A DNA stretch of 64,000 nucleotides, taken from contig CAVYZN010000031.1 in NCBI GenBank assembly GCA_963773065.1, forward strand, positions 17,307-81,306, in the 5' to 3' direction. Each line of letters starts with the position of its first letter. Position 1 is the stretch's first letter. Made by a program: the position numbers and the translations under genes. The notes under the pieces were generated by a model. That model saw only the letters and a program-made list of their open reading frames with translations, was not told the origin of the DNA and made no database searches. This stretch comes from an uncultured Gammaproteobacteria bacterium. Lineage in GTDB: Bacteria; Pseudomonadota; Gammaproteobacteria; UBA9214. This document shows positions 50,274-61,444 of this stretch, piece after piece.

Positions 50274-52446
50274 ATGGATGTTTCCCGGATCATCGACTCC
50301 CTCAACGACGCTCAGCGTGAGGCCGTTTGTGCCTCACCGGGTCCGTTACTGGTGCTGGCCGGTGCCGGCAGCGGCAAGACCCGCGTGCTGGTGCACCGTA
50401 TCGCATGGCTGATCAATGCCGAAGGCTTGTCGCCCTACTCGATTCTTGCCGTTACCTTTACCAACAAGGCGGCCGGGGAGATGAAGGTGCGTATCGAGCG
50501 GCTGATCGATGTCTCGGCGTCCGGTATGTGGGTAGGCACCTTCCACGGCCTGGCGCATCGCCTGCTGCGCCGGCACTGGCAGGAGACAGGGCTGCCGCAG
50601 GAGTTCCAGATCCTGGACGCGCAGGACCAGCAGCGCCTGATCCGCCGGGTCCTCAAGGCTATGGATCTGGACGAGGCAAAATGGCCGCCGAAACAGTTGC
50701 AGTGGTTTATCAACAGTTGCAAGGATGAAGGGCGTAGGCCGCAGCACATCGAACACAGCAACGATCCCTATACGCAGCGTCAGGTGAAGGTATACGAAGC
50801 CTACGAGGCGCTTTGCCGCCGCTCCGGTCTGGTGGACTTCGCCGAACTGCTGCTGCGCTCACATGAACTCTGGTTGCAGCGGCCCGATCTACTCGACCAC
50901 TATCGCCAGCGGTTCACACATATCCTGGTCGATGAGTTCCAGGACACCAATGCAGTGCAATATGCCTGGTTGCGAATGCTGGCGGGCGAGCATGGCAGCA
51001 TTACCGTGGTCGGTGACGATGACCAGTCCATCTATGGCTGGCGCGGCGCGCGGGTGGAAAACATTCAGCGTTTCGAGAAGGATTTTCCCGGTACGCAAGT
51101 ATACCGGCTCGAACAGAATTACCGCTCAACCGGCACCATACTCAAGGCGGCGAATGCGGTGATTGGCAATAATGCGAAGCGCCTGGGCAAGCAACTGTGG
51201 ACCCAGGGCCACGAGGGCGATCCGATCCAACTGTATACGGCCTATAACGACCTGGATGAGGCGCGCTTTGTCGTCGAGCGCATCCAGTCCTGGGTGAATG
51301 GGGGAGGACGGCGCAGTGACATCGGCGTGCTCTACCGCTCCAACGCCCAGTCGCGCGCGTTCGAGGAGCGCCTGATTCAATGCGCAATACCCTACCGGGT
51401 ATACGGCGGCCTGCGTTTTTTTGAACGCGCCGAGATCAAGGATGCCTTGGCCTACCTGCGACTGGCCAGGAACCGCGACGATGACACCTCGTTCGATCGC
51501 GTGGTCAACCATCCGCCACGCGGCATCGGTGAGCGTACCCTGTCTATCGTGCGCCAGCATGCCCGCGAGAATCGTATTTCCTTCTGGCAGGCCGCGCAGG
51601 CGGTGACCGGCGGGCAGTTGGTACCGGCGCGCGCCGGCAATGCCCTGCTGGCGTTTCTCACCCTGGTCGAGTCGCTCTCGCAAGGCATGGGGGCTCTGCC
51701 GCTCGGTGAGCAGGTGGAGCACATTCTGGAAACCAGCGGACTGCTCGATTATTTTGCGAAGGATAAGGGCGAGATCGGACAGGCACGCATCGAGAACCTG
51801 CGCGAGCTGGTCAATGCGGCGCGCGAATACGAGGTGGACGGCGAGAGTGGCGTGGGCCCCTTGTCGGACTTCCTCTCGCACGCCGCGCTGGAGGCCGGGG
51901 AGGGCCAAGCCGATGACTGGGAGGACTGCGTGCAGCTCATGACGCTGCATTCCGCCAAGGGACTGGAGTTTCCGTTGATCTTTCTGTGCGGTATGGAGGA
52001 AGGACTGTTTCCAAACCAGCGCTCCGTGAATGAGCCTGGCCGTCTGGAAGAGGAGCGCCGGCTTTGCTATGTGGGCATTACCCGTGCCCGCAGGCAGGTG
52101 ATCCTGACCTGCGCCGAGCGCCGCCGCCTGTACGGCTCCGAGACCTGTACCGTGCCGTCACGCTTCATCCGGGAGATTCCCGCTGCCTTGCTGGAGGAGA
52201 TTCGACCGAGGGTGAGTATCAGTCAGCCTTACCGGAGCGTCACTGCCGGGGGCGATATCGGTGCGGCTGGTTGCGCCGGCGGCGTTAAAGCTGGGCCAGC
52301 AGGTACGCCACCGGAAATTCGGCGAGGGCGTGATCCTCAATTATGAGGGGCAGGGCGGCAGCGCCCGCGTGCAGGTGAATTTCGCGAGTGCCGGCACCAA
52401 ATGGCTGGTGGTCTCCTATGCCAACCTGGAAAGCATCGGCGCCTGA
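50274..52446 (+). CDS. uvrD: DNA helicase II, +1 frameshift near 52270
   Basis: AGAGSGKT, DEFQDTN, EEERRLCYV. The C-terminal GQQVRHRKFGEG..KWLV is in the next frame. Confidence 0.95.
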
Positions 52447-52469
52447 ACCAGCCATGCGGGTAACGTTGC

Positions 52470-53399
52470 GTGATACGCGGAAAGAGACCTGATGTCAGTA
52501 TCGGCCTCGCCCTGGGCAGCGGGTCATCCCGTGGCTGGTCACATATCGGCATACTGCGCGCCCTGGCCGAAATCGGCATAGAGCCGGATCTGGTATGCGG
52601 TAGTTCGGTCGGCGCCATCGTCGGCGCCTCTTATGCCGCCGGAAATCTGGACAGGCTGGAGCGCTGGGTTGGATCCCTGACGCGTACCGCTGTCGCCAGA
52701 TTCCTTGATCTGAACCTATCTTTGAGCGGCTTTGTCGATGCGCCGCGCCTGCGGTCGTTTTTCGCTGAATGTGTGTGCGCTGAAGATGTCCGGATTGAAC
52801 AACTCGCCAAGCCCTTCGCGACAGTATCGACTGATCTGGAAACCGGAAGGGAGATCTGGTTCACCGAGGGTTCGGTGCTCGATGCCGTGTGGGCGTCGAT
52901 TTCCCTGCCCGGACTGTTTCCTCCAATCCGTAACCAGGGGAAATGGCTGGTTGACGGCGGTTTGGTCAATCCGGTGCCGGTGTCGATTTGTCGGGCGCTG
53001 GGTGCGGATGTCGTGATCGCGGTAAACCTTAACGGTGCGATCGTCGGCAGGCATTTTATTCACCGGGACAAGAGCACTGCAGATGATACGCAGGCCGTCA
53101 GCCTTATCTCGACGGTCAGGAAGACCGTGAGAAGCTACTCCGCATCGCTGTTCGGCAGCAGCGGGGCGGATGATGCGGCACCCGGCCTGTTTGATGCCAT
53201 AACTGGCTCAATCAATATCGTCCAGGACAGAATCACCCGCAGCAGAATGGCGGGGGATCCGCCGGATATCATACTGGCGCCGAGGTTGTCGCATATCGGC
53301 TTGATGGAGTTTTACCGCGCGCGGGAAGCCATCCAGGAAGGCAGGGAATGCGTGCGAAGAATGCATCCGGAAATCCGTCATCTCGTAGAACCGCCCTGA
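52470..53399 (+). CDS. Patatin-like phospholipase (RssA-like)
   Basis: LGSGSSRG, GSSVG nucleophile motif, DGG. Confidence 0.9.
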   Translation: MIRGKRPDVSIGLALGSGSSRGWSHIGILRALAEIGIEPDLVCGSSVGAIVGASYAAGNLDRLERWVGSLTRTAVARFLDLNLSLSGFVDAPRLRSFFAECVCAEDVRIEQLAKPFATVSTDLETGREIWFTEGSVLDAVWASISLPGLFPPIRNQGKWLVDGGLVNPVPVSICRALGADVVIAVNLNGAIVGRHFIHRDKSTADDTQAVSLISTVRKTVRSYSASLFGSSGADDAAPGLFDAITGSINIVQDRITRSRMAGDPPDIILAPRLSHIGLMEFYRAREAIQEGRECVRRMHPEIRHLVEPP

Positions 53400-56299
53400 T
53401 CATACCGGGAACGCATGACGCCCCGGTCAGTCGGGTGTGTGGCGCCGCCCAGCACCATCGGCACAGGTTGCGTGATACACGGCAGGTCCTCGCGGGGACG
53501 GCCGATATGATTGCCCTGGGCGCAGTCGACACCCATTTGTTTCAATATCTGCAGGGTTTTTTCGTCCTCCACGCATTCCGCGATAGTTATTTTCCCAAGT
53601 GCATGGGCGACCTGGTTCATGGATTCCACCATGGCCTGATCCACGGAACTGTGCGCCATGCCCTTGACGAAACCGCCGTCGATCTTGAGTTTGTCAACCT
53701 GCAGGTGTTTGAGGTAGGCAAAGGAAGAAAATCCCGACCCGAAGTCATCCAGTGAAAACTGGCAACCGATATCCTTCAGGGCGGTGATGAATTCTTCCGC
53801 GGCGACCAGGTTCTCGATGGCCGCGGTTTCGGTTATCTCGAAGGTGACCCAGATGGGATCGAGGCCGGTACTGGATAGCATTTCCTGAATCAGCGGCAGC
53901 AGCGTGGTGTCTTCGAAGGCCTTGCCAGAAAGGTTGATGGAGAAGCTGGTCTTGTGGCCTTGTTCATGCAGGCGACTGAGTTGTCTGATGGCGCGCCGGA
54001 CGATCCAGCGGTCCACGCTGTGGATCAGGCCAAAGCGTTCCGCCGCCGGTATGAAGCCTCCCGGCAGGATGATCTGGCCGTCATCGCATATCATGCGCAC
54101 CAGAACCTCGTAGTCTTTTATATGACCGGTTACGGTTGAAACGATCGGCTGATACACCAGCTGGAAGCGGTCATGCTCAAGCATTTCCCGCACGCGCGCG
54201 GCCCAGCCCATGTCGGCGGCCATTCCGGCCTTGTCACTGTCGGCCGGGTTGTAGATGTTGGCGCGGTTGCGGCCTTGCTGCTTGGCGATGTTGCAGGCGA
54301 GATCCGCGTGTGACAGCACCTCCTCGGCGGAGGTAGTCAGGTGGTCGATCATGGCCACACCGATACAGCTGGTGATGTTGTAGGGTTTGCCTCCCTCCAT
54401 GAACTTGTAATCGACACACAGCGCGCGAAAGTTTTCAGCCGCACCCAGCACGTCGCGCTTGTCGATGTTGTAGAGCAACAGTGTGAATTCATCACCGCCG
54501 AATCGCGCCAGCAGATCACCGTCACGGACATGCGATGAGAGCAGTGATGCTACGTCGACCAGCAGGCGGTCGCCGGCGGCATGACCCAGCGTGTCATTGA
54601 TGTATTTGAACTGATCAAGGTCGAAATAAAACAGTGCGCAATCCGATTCGTTGCGCGCCACGCGTGCCACCGTGCGTTCGAGTTCCTGCTGGAAATAATT
54701 CCTGTTGAACAGCCCGGTCAGCGTATCGTGTTCGGCATGGTAGGAGATCTGGTGCTGGAATGCCTTCTGTTCCGTAATATCGCGCGTTGTGCCGCTGATC
54801 TGGACGACTTTTCCGTCGGCATCCTTGTGGGACTTGGCGCTGAAGCTAAGGAAATGGGGCTTGCCTTCGGCGTCCAGGTGCACGGTTTCGAACTTGACGT
54901 GTTCCCTGCCCCGGCGCAGTTCCTCGATGGCTTCCTGGTCGACGGGCGGATGATCGGGCGACCTGAATTCGTGGAATGGGTGCCGCTGCATGTCTTCGGG
55001 CTCGTAGCCGTAGATAGTCAGGCAGGCGCGATTAATATAGGTCAGTGAACCCCCGGCATCCATCGTCCAAACGAGATCGTGCGCGGTTTCGACCAGATCA
55101 CGATAGCGGCTCTCTGCGTCTTTCAGTTGCGCTTCCGTGGCCTTGCGCCGGGTGATGTCGGCGACCAGACAGGTATACATGCACTGCCCGTCGATGTGCA
55201 TGGCGCTGAGGCGTACGGACATGTGCATGGCGGTGCCATTGCGGTGATAGCCTTCGACCTCGCACTCTTCATCTACCGAACACAGCTTGTTCTCGTCATC
55301 GATCAGCTCCGGCAGCAGCCATTTGAACGGACGCTGGCATATTTCCGTTGAGAGGTAACCGAACAGCTTTTCCGCCGCGTGATTGAAGGTTTCGACCAGG
55401 CCATTGCTGTTAACCACGATAATCCCTTCGGCGGCCGTTTCTACCACGGCGCGCATGTGAGTTTCCTGTTCACCGAGACGGCGGAATAGCTTACCGAGGG
55501 TCTGGGTTATGAAACCGATTTCATCCGTTGACTGGGGGATCAATCGCGCCATGTCGGTATGCATCGACGCACCGCTGCGCATGAATATATCCCGTACCGG
55601 CGCCAGCGCCTTGGCCACACTACGAATGGAAAACAGCGTTATCATGCCGGTGATGACGACCAGGGTAAGCCAGAGGACAATATCTCCGTATGTCAAGGAG
55701 CCGGTCTGCTGATAGTGATAGTTCATCAGCACCGAAGAGGACAGCAACGGCACAAGACCGCCCAGCAGCATGATCTTGGACTTCAGGCTGACCTGGATTT
55801 TGTGCAAACTGAGCTGCCCAGCCAGTTTTCCGAGCAGATCCAGGGCTAGTTGGTAGGTGGGCAGGCCGACCAGGGCCGTGACCGAGAGCTGCAGAAGCAG
55901 CAATTGCAGAAACTGGGCCGGTGCCGTGGCGATGGGTTTCTGTAACGCGATGAAAAGAAGCGCCGGTGTTGCCAGGGCATGGAGCAGGAAGAAGGCCCAG
56001 TAATCGCGGCTGAAGTACGCCAGGCACCGCTGCTGGCGAATTGTCAGACAGGTGCCTGGATGGTGCCGGGACCAGTCACTCAAGGGACTGAAATATTGAT
56101 AGAAATAAGTGAATGCCCAGAGGACGGTACCCATCACGAAGGCTGGGAGGATGGTGAGCGTACGAAGGTTATGTAATTCAGGCGCTCTGATCAGCCCGAA
56201 GAGCAGGGCGCTGGCCAGACCCACCAGCGGTGCGAACAGGAGACCGGTGATGATGAGAGCAGTGAAGCGGGTGCGAATGATTTTAAGTTCACTCAACAT
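53378..56299 (-). CDS. Membrane PAS-PAS-GGDEF-EAL c-di-GMP enzyme
   Basis: TM helices, two PAS domains, RxxD I-site plus GGDEF, EVL and DDFGSGFSS. Confidence 0.93.
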   Translation of the reverse strand: MLSELKIIRTRFTALIITGLLFAPLVGLASALLFGLIRAPELHNLRTLTILPAFVMGTVLWAFTYFYQYFSPLSDWSRHHPGTCLTIRQQRCLAYFSRDYWAFFLLHALATPALLFIALQKPIATAPAQFLQLLLLQLSVTALVGLPTYQLALDLLGKLAGQLSLHKIQVSLKSKIMLLGGLVPLLSSSVLMNYHYQQTGSLTYGDIVLWLTLVVITGMITLFSIRSVAKALAPVRDIFMRSGASMHTDMARLIPQSTDEIGFITQTLGKLFRRLGEQETHMRAVVETAAEGIIVVNSNGLVETFNHAAEKLFGYLSTEICQRPFKWLLPELIDDENKLCSVDEECEVEGYHRNGTAMHMSVRLSAMHIDGQCMYTCLVADITRRKATEAQLKDAESRYRDLVETAHDLVWTMDAGGSLTYINRACLTIYGYEPEDMQRHPFHEFRSPDHPPVDQEAIEELRRGREHVKFETVHLDAEGKPHFLSFSAKSHKDADGKVVQISGTTRDITEQKAFQHQISYHAEHDTLTGLFNRNYFQQELERTVARVARNESDCALFYFDLDQFKYINDTLGHAAGDRLLVDVASLLSSHVRDGDLLARFGGDEFTLLLYNIDKRDVLGAAENFRALCVDYKFMEGGKPYNITSCIGVAMIDHLTTSAEEVLSHADLACNIAKQQGRNRANIYNPADSDKAGMAADMGWAARVREMLEHDRFQLVYQPIVSTVTGHIKDYEVLVRMICDDGQIILPGGFIPAAERFGLIHSVDRWIVRRAIRQLSRLHEQGHKTSFSINLSGKAFEDTTLLPLIQEMLSSTGLDPIWVTFEITETAAIENLVAAEEFITALKDIGCQFSLDDFGSGFSSFAYLKHLQVDKLKIDGGFVKGMAHSSVDQAMVESMNQVAHALGKITIAECVEDEKTLQILKQMGVDCAQGNHIGRPREDLPCITQPVPMVLGGATHPTDRGVMRSRYDQGGSTR

Positions 56300-56724
56300 G
56301 ACCCTGTCCTCGACCTCCCTACACGCCGGTATCATTATTGATGTGTCGGTTGGCCCCGTGAGCGCTGAAAAATTATATTTTTATAATTAGTCCAGTAGAC
56401 TTGATAGTGTAAGCATTCGCTGAATACTATTGCATAACTACCCGTAATTACAAGACTACCTGTCGTTTTTTGTGTTTTTTGTGCGTCATTTATATGACGA
56501 ATCCCTTGGTGGCATCAATTCATTTTGATTTTCACGCATCATTGCAACGGGTGGGTTCGGGTGGGTTTAGGAAACAAGGCGATTTTTCCGGCAAGGCGGG
56601 AGATCGGGCATTGCATGATGGGGGCTTTTCAGCGGGTTAGGCAGAGTTGAACCACAGTTTTCCGGTAGCGACTGTTGGCAAATAGTCCGCCAATGGAAAA
56701 TATTTACTACTTAAATGGGGTTAC

Positions 56725-57291
56725 TTACTGGAAGTTGTAACCAAAACTCAACAGGTGCATCTTGAGGCCGTCGTTCGGCTGCTTTATGCCGCCATTGGTG
56801 AGGTATTGGTAATGATAGGTCAGTTCATAACTTCCTTTATTACCGAAGCCGAGGCCCAGGCCGAGTTGGGGACAGAATTGAAGTTTCGTGGCCAGGTCAC
56901 GCTCGCCAATTTTATTGTCGCTGAGCAGGTGTCCGCCGACACCGATTTCAGAAAACGGCGTTACGCCACTGGAGAGTTCTGCATCTCGCTGCAGGCGCAG
57001 CATCGGCGTCAGGCTGAGATCGTACAGGTCGCTGTTTTCTTTGATATTGGATTTCATATATGCGAGGGTGGTATCCCAGTAACCCCCCACGAACCAGGCG
57101 CCCTCGTTGAACCATGTCCGGTTCCATTTGTTCTGCATGCCTAACTGAAATGCCTTGGTCTTATTGTAATTATTATCCTTGCCCAGTGCGGTGGTTACCG
57201 AGTCGATCCAGCGGCTCTCTGCGCCCTGTGCCAGTGTGAGATGTACTAGTAAAAGAACCGAGACAATCAGGATTCGTGCGAATGTCGTCAT
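56725..57291 (-). CDS. PagL-like outer-membrane beta-barrel (acyloxyacyl hydrolase family), catalytic residues altered
   Basis: Signal peptide, GGYWD, LTPMLR, NGGIKQPNDG, C-terminal YNF. Confidence 0.8.
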   Translation of the reverse strand: MTTFARILIVSVLLLVHLTLAQGAESRWIDSVTTALGKDNNYNKTKAFQLGMQNKWNRTWFNEGAWFVGGYWDTTLAYMKSNIKENSDLYDLSLTPMLRLQRDAELSSGVTPFSEIGVGGHLLSDNKIGERDLATKLQFCPQLGLGLGFGNKGSYELTYHYQYLTNGGIKQPNDGLKMHLLSFGYNFQ

Positions 57292-57436
57292 TACGAACCT
57301 CGTATGCATTACCTGCTGCAGCATACGCCACTGGTCAATATTGTCTAGCCATTGCCATTGCCATGCCGTGTGGTTGTCAGTTGCCGTACACGGGTTGCAG
57401 CATCCGGCTGGAAGATTTTGTGGAAAGGTGCCAGAT

Positions 57437-57778
57437 CTACCACCGATAGATCATCCACCGTGGCACCACAAGATTTGGTTCAAGCGTGTTATAGCGTGAT
57501 TCAAGTGAACCATCGCCATCCCCATCAACCAGGTAGTAGGGGTAACCGATGCGCGGCACGATCTTGACCATATAGAGCTGATTATTTATCCGGTATTCGT
57601 AAATGATGTCCTCCTCGCGTTTGATGATTTTTACCTCCGGCTGGAGTTCCTCTTCCCCATTCAGACCGGTAGGGGGAGGTGGCGTGATATCGGGCGGGGA
57701 CTCGATCGGAGGCGGGTTCTCGGCGCGTACCGCAAGGGGGAGCAGCATCAGCAACGCCAGTAGTGGAAGTCTGATCAT
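57437..57778 (-). CDS. DUF2782 family exported protein
   Basis: PEVKII..EYRIN..YMVKIVP..PYYLVD..VPRW. Divergent from polA. Confidence 0.88.
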   Translation of the reverse strand: MIRLPLLALLMLLPLAVRAENPPPIESPPDITPPPPTGLNGEEELQPEVKIIKREEDIIYEYRINNQLYMVKIVPRIGYPYYLVDGDGDGSLESRYNTLEPNLVVPRWMIYRW

Positions 57779-57804
57779 GATTTATTCCGGCTGTCGATTC
57801 GTGT

Positions 57805-58020
57805 TACGCAAGTTTCTTCATTTTCCTATTCAAAAGGTTCGGAACCAATGCGCTTATCATAATCAAGGATAGCATTCATGATACCTCGAGAGGTGTCCGG
57901 TGCCGGATAGAGAGTTGAGACTTACTCAGAAATTACGCCTTCCCTAGCAAGATTCACGGGGCAACTGCGTCGCGTTCACGGGCCGCCCCGCCCGGCTGTT
58001 CAAGCGGTAATGTTCGGCCA
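57805..58020 (-). pseudogene. Possible remnant of a LOG/TIGR00730 family gene
   Basis: NLAREGVISE*..LY..DT..IMNAILDY..GSEPFE*ENE resembles my recollection of the LOG C-terminus. Strongly diverged. Confidence 0.35.
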
Positions 58021-58160
58021 GAGCCTTTGACGCGTGTCTTCCTTATAAGGTCATAATAACCACAGTAAAAGGACTAGAGTGACTTTGATGATACCATGTT
58101 CGCCTATCCTAAACGGTTACCGGCGGCAATACATTACTGACCTGAATGTAGCCTTCGCAG

Positions 58161-60878
58161 ATGAACGCTAAAGCAGCTAATTTATTTTTACTGGTTGATG
58201 GATCGTCTTACTTGTACCGGGCCTTTCATGCTCTGCCGCCGTTGACCAGTTCACGCGGCGAGCCGACCGGTGCGGTCTATGGTGTCATTAATATGTTGCG
58301 CAGCTTGGTGGCGGAATACCAACCCCAGTATCTTGCCGTGGTTTTTGACGCACGCGGCAAGACCTTTCGGGATGACCTGTTCGCCGAATACAAGGCCAAT
58401 CGTCCTCCGATGCCAGATGAACTGGCCGCGCAGGTCGAACCCCTGCATGCCCTGGTGCAGGCGCTTGGTCTGCCGCTACTGCGGGTCCCGGGTGTGGAAG
58501 CGGATGATGTCATCGGCACGCTCGCTATGCAGGCCGCCGTGCATGGCATGGAGACGGTGATCTCAACTGGTGACAAGGACATGGCGCAGTTGGTGGGCCC
58601 GCATATTACTCTGGTGAATACCATGTCGCACACCGTGCTCGACCGGGAGGGCGTCAAGGACAAGTTTGGCGTGCCTCCGGAGCGCATCGTGGATTTACTG
58701 GCGCTCATGGGGGACAGTTCCGACAACATACCCGGCATTCCCAAGGTAGGGCCGAAAACCGCTGCCAAGTGGCTGAACAGTTACGGTTCGCTGGATGCCC
58801 TGATTGCACCGGGCTGATGAGATCAAGGGCAAGGTGGGTGAGAGCCTGCGCGCCAACCTCAATACCCTGGCCTTGTCTCGCCGGTTGGCGACGATCCGCT
58901 GCGACATCGAGCTGGACGTTCGGCCATATGATCTGCGGCCGGCCCAGGCGGATGTCGAGCAATTGCGCGATTGGTACACACGGCTGGAATTCTCGCGCTG
59001 GCTCGGTGAACTGGACACACGCAAGCCGGTTATGTCCTTACCGCCGCCTGGCTTTAAAAACGCGTCGGCTGACTATGAAACGGTATTCACGGAAGCCCAG
59101 CTCGAATCCTGGCTGTTACGTCTGCATGCGGCGGAGCTGTTTGCCTTCGATACCGAAACCACCAGCCTTAACTACATAGCCGCGCGTATCGTCGGGGTAT
59201 CGTTCGCTGTCAAGGCGGGGGAAGCCGCCTATGTCCCGCATGGCGCATGATTATCCCGACGCCCCGGATCAGCTGGATCGGGATTCGGTACTGGCGCGCC
59301 TGCGACCGCTGCTGGAAAACCCGCGTTGCTATAAAGTTGGGCATCACATCAAGTACGACCGCAACGTGCTGGCCAACCACGGCATCACGCTGGACGGAAT
59401 CCGTTTTGACACTATGCTGGAGTCTTACGTACTCGACAGCACGGCAACACGCCATGATATGGATTCGGTGGCGCGAAAGTACCTGGCCCACACGAACATC
59501 ACCTACGAAGATGTGGCCGGCAAGGGCGTACACCAGATCGATTTTAACCAGGTTCTGATCGAGCAGGCGGCGCCCTATGCCGCGGAGGATGCGGATATCA
59601 CCCTGCGCTTGCATGAAGCCATGTGGCCGATGCTGGTGGAGACGGCAGCGTTGCAGAAAATCTATACCGGGATTGAAATGCCGCTGGTGACGGTACTGTC
59701 AGATATGGAACAGGCTGGGGTGGCTGTCGACATGGACATGCTGGCACGACAAAGCGCCGAACTGGCAAAACGAATCGTCGCTCTCGAACAGGAGGCGCAC
59801 CTCGAAGCCGGACAGCCTTTCAATCTGGGTTCGCCAAAGCAGATTCAGGAGATTCTGTACGACAAGTTACATCTGCCGGTACTCGCCAAGACCCCGAAAG
59901 GCGTTCCATCAACGGCGGAATCAGTGCTGCAGGATCTGGCGCTCGATTACCCGTTGCCGCGCCTAATCCTGGAACACCGTTCCCTCAGCAAGCTGAAATC
60001 CACCTATACGGATCGGTTGCCGGAACAGATAGATCCCGGGACCGGGCGTGTGCATACCTCCTACCACCAGGCAGTCGCCGCCACCGGGCGCCTGTCCTCG
60101 TCCGATCCCAACCTGCAGAACATCCCGGTACGCACCGAAGAAGGGCGGCGTATCCGCCAGGCCTTCGTCGCAAGGCCGGGATATGTATTGCTGGCGGCTG
60201 ATTATTCGCAGATCGAATTACGCATCATGGCCCACCTGTCATCGGACGAGGGTCTTGTTACAAGCATTTGCAGCCGGTGCCGACATTCATCGAGCCACGG
60301 CAGCCGAAGTCTTTGGCGTGGCGCCGGAAGCGGTCAGCGCCGATCAACGCCGCTCCGCCAAGGCGATCAATTTCGGACTGATCTACGGCATGTCCTCCTT
60401 CGGACTGGCGCGGCAACTCGGTATCGCGCGGGGCGCCGCCCAGGAATATATAGATCTTTATTTCGCACGCTATCCGGGTGTCTGGAACTATATGGAAGCG
60501 ACCCGTCGACAGGCGCGCGAGCAGGGTTATGTCGAAACGGTGTTCGGGCGCCGCTTGTATCTTCCCGATATCAAGGCAAGCAATGCACAACGCCGTTCGG
60601 CCGCGGAACGCACTGCGATTAATGCGCCCATGCAGGGGACGGCGGCGGACATCATCAAGCGCGCCATGATCCGGCTGCATGGTTGGATAAAGGCCCAGCA
60701 CGATATGGATATCACCATGATCATGCAGGTACATGATGAACTGGTCTTCGAGGTGGCAGAGATGCAGGTGGTGGAAGCGGAGATTCGGGTCAGGGACTCC
60801 ATGGTTGGAGCGGCTAACCTAAAGTTGCCGCTGGTAGTGGATGTCGGTGCGGGCAAAAACTGGGATGAAGCCCACTGA
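58161..60878 (+). CDS. polA: DNA polymerase I, three +1 frameshifts (about 58810, 59240, 60255)
   Basis: [35 protein letters not shown] and QVHDEL are spread over four overlapping ORFs. Confidence 0.96.
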
Positions 60879-61190
60879 AACGACACGTGACCCAGGACAG
60901 CGATCTAGCCAGATGCATGTTAGTACACGTTTCAAAGAACATGTGGTTATGGCTACTGTAATTGACCAAATGTCATGCTATTCAATGGATAATTGTCTAA
61001 CTTTAAGATACTGTATTTAAATATTATTTATATTATTTAAACTTTATTTATACATATATGTATATTTGTATATTAATTACATATTATAGTTGTGTAAAAT
61101 TGTAATGATGATGCAAGTTTCTAATTTGAAGATTGGACCCTCCGGATGACCCAGGTACTGGTGATGACTCTCCCGTGCCGAATTATTTGT

Positions 61191-61217
61191 GAACCTTTTC
61201 TGCACTTGTTGGTCGTA
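61191..61217 (+). promoter_or_regulatory. Candidate sigmaE/AlgU-type promoter
   Basis: GAACCT-N16-TCGTA versus consensus GAACTT-N16/17-TCnnA. Confidence 0.5.
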
Positions 61218-61221
61218 TGTT

Positions 61222-61335
61222 ACGAGCATTACTATGCTCGCCCGCTTCCCTCCCTGAGCGGGTGTTCCTCCTACCCGGTACAACAACCGGGTTATTGTTA
61301 CCCCGGCTTTCCCCCCTTGCCGGGGTTCTTTTTTT
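61222..61335 (+). ncRNA. Candidate sRNA between polA and yihA
   Basis: Four consecutive hairpins, the last followed by a U tract. It occupies the Spot42/ErsA syntenic position. Confidence 0.6.
61300..61335 (+). terminator. Intrinsic terminator
   Basis: ACCCCGGC-loop-GCCGGGGT-TCTTTTTTT. Confidence 0.85.
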
Positions 61336-61444
61336 CTCCGTTACTGATGTGCTGGTTCCCCTCTAAGTTGGAGTATGGTTTTAAGATCATTTAATGATTG
61401 CGAATTTCATTGATCAACCATTTAGTAATGCCTCGGATGTACCT

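Noticed and set aside
58161-60878. polA as a true pseudogene or a programmed frameshift gene
   Set aside because: It has only single-base insertions, catalytic motifs are intact, and there are no slippery sites. This matches the window-wide error pattern.
61009-61028. LexA box (TACTGTATTTAAATATTATT)
   Set aside because: The right CAG half-site is absent.
61146-61394. 82-aa ORF over the candidate sRNA
   Set aside because: No RBS, atypical composition, and it runs through a strong terminator.
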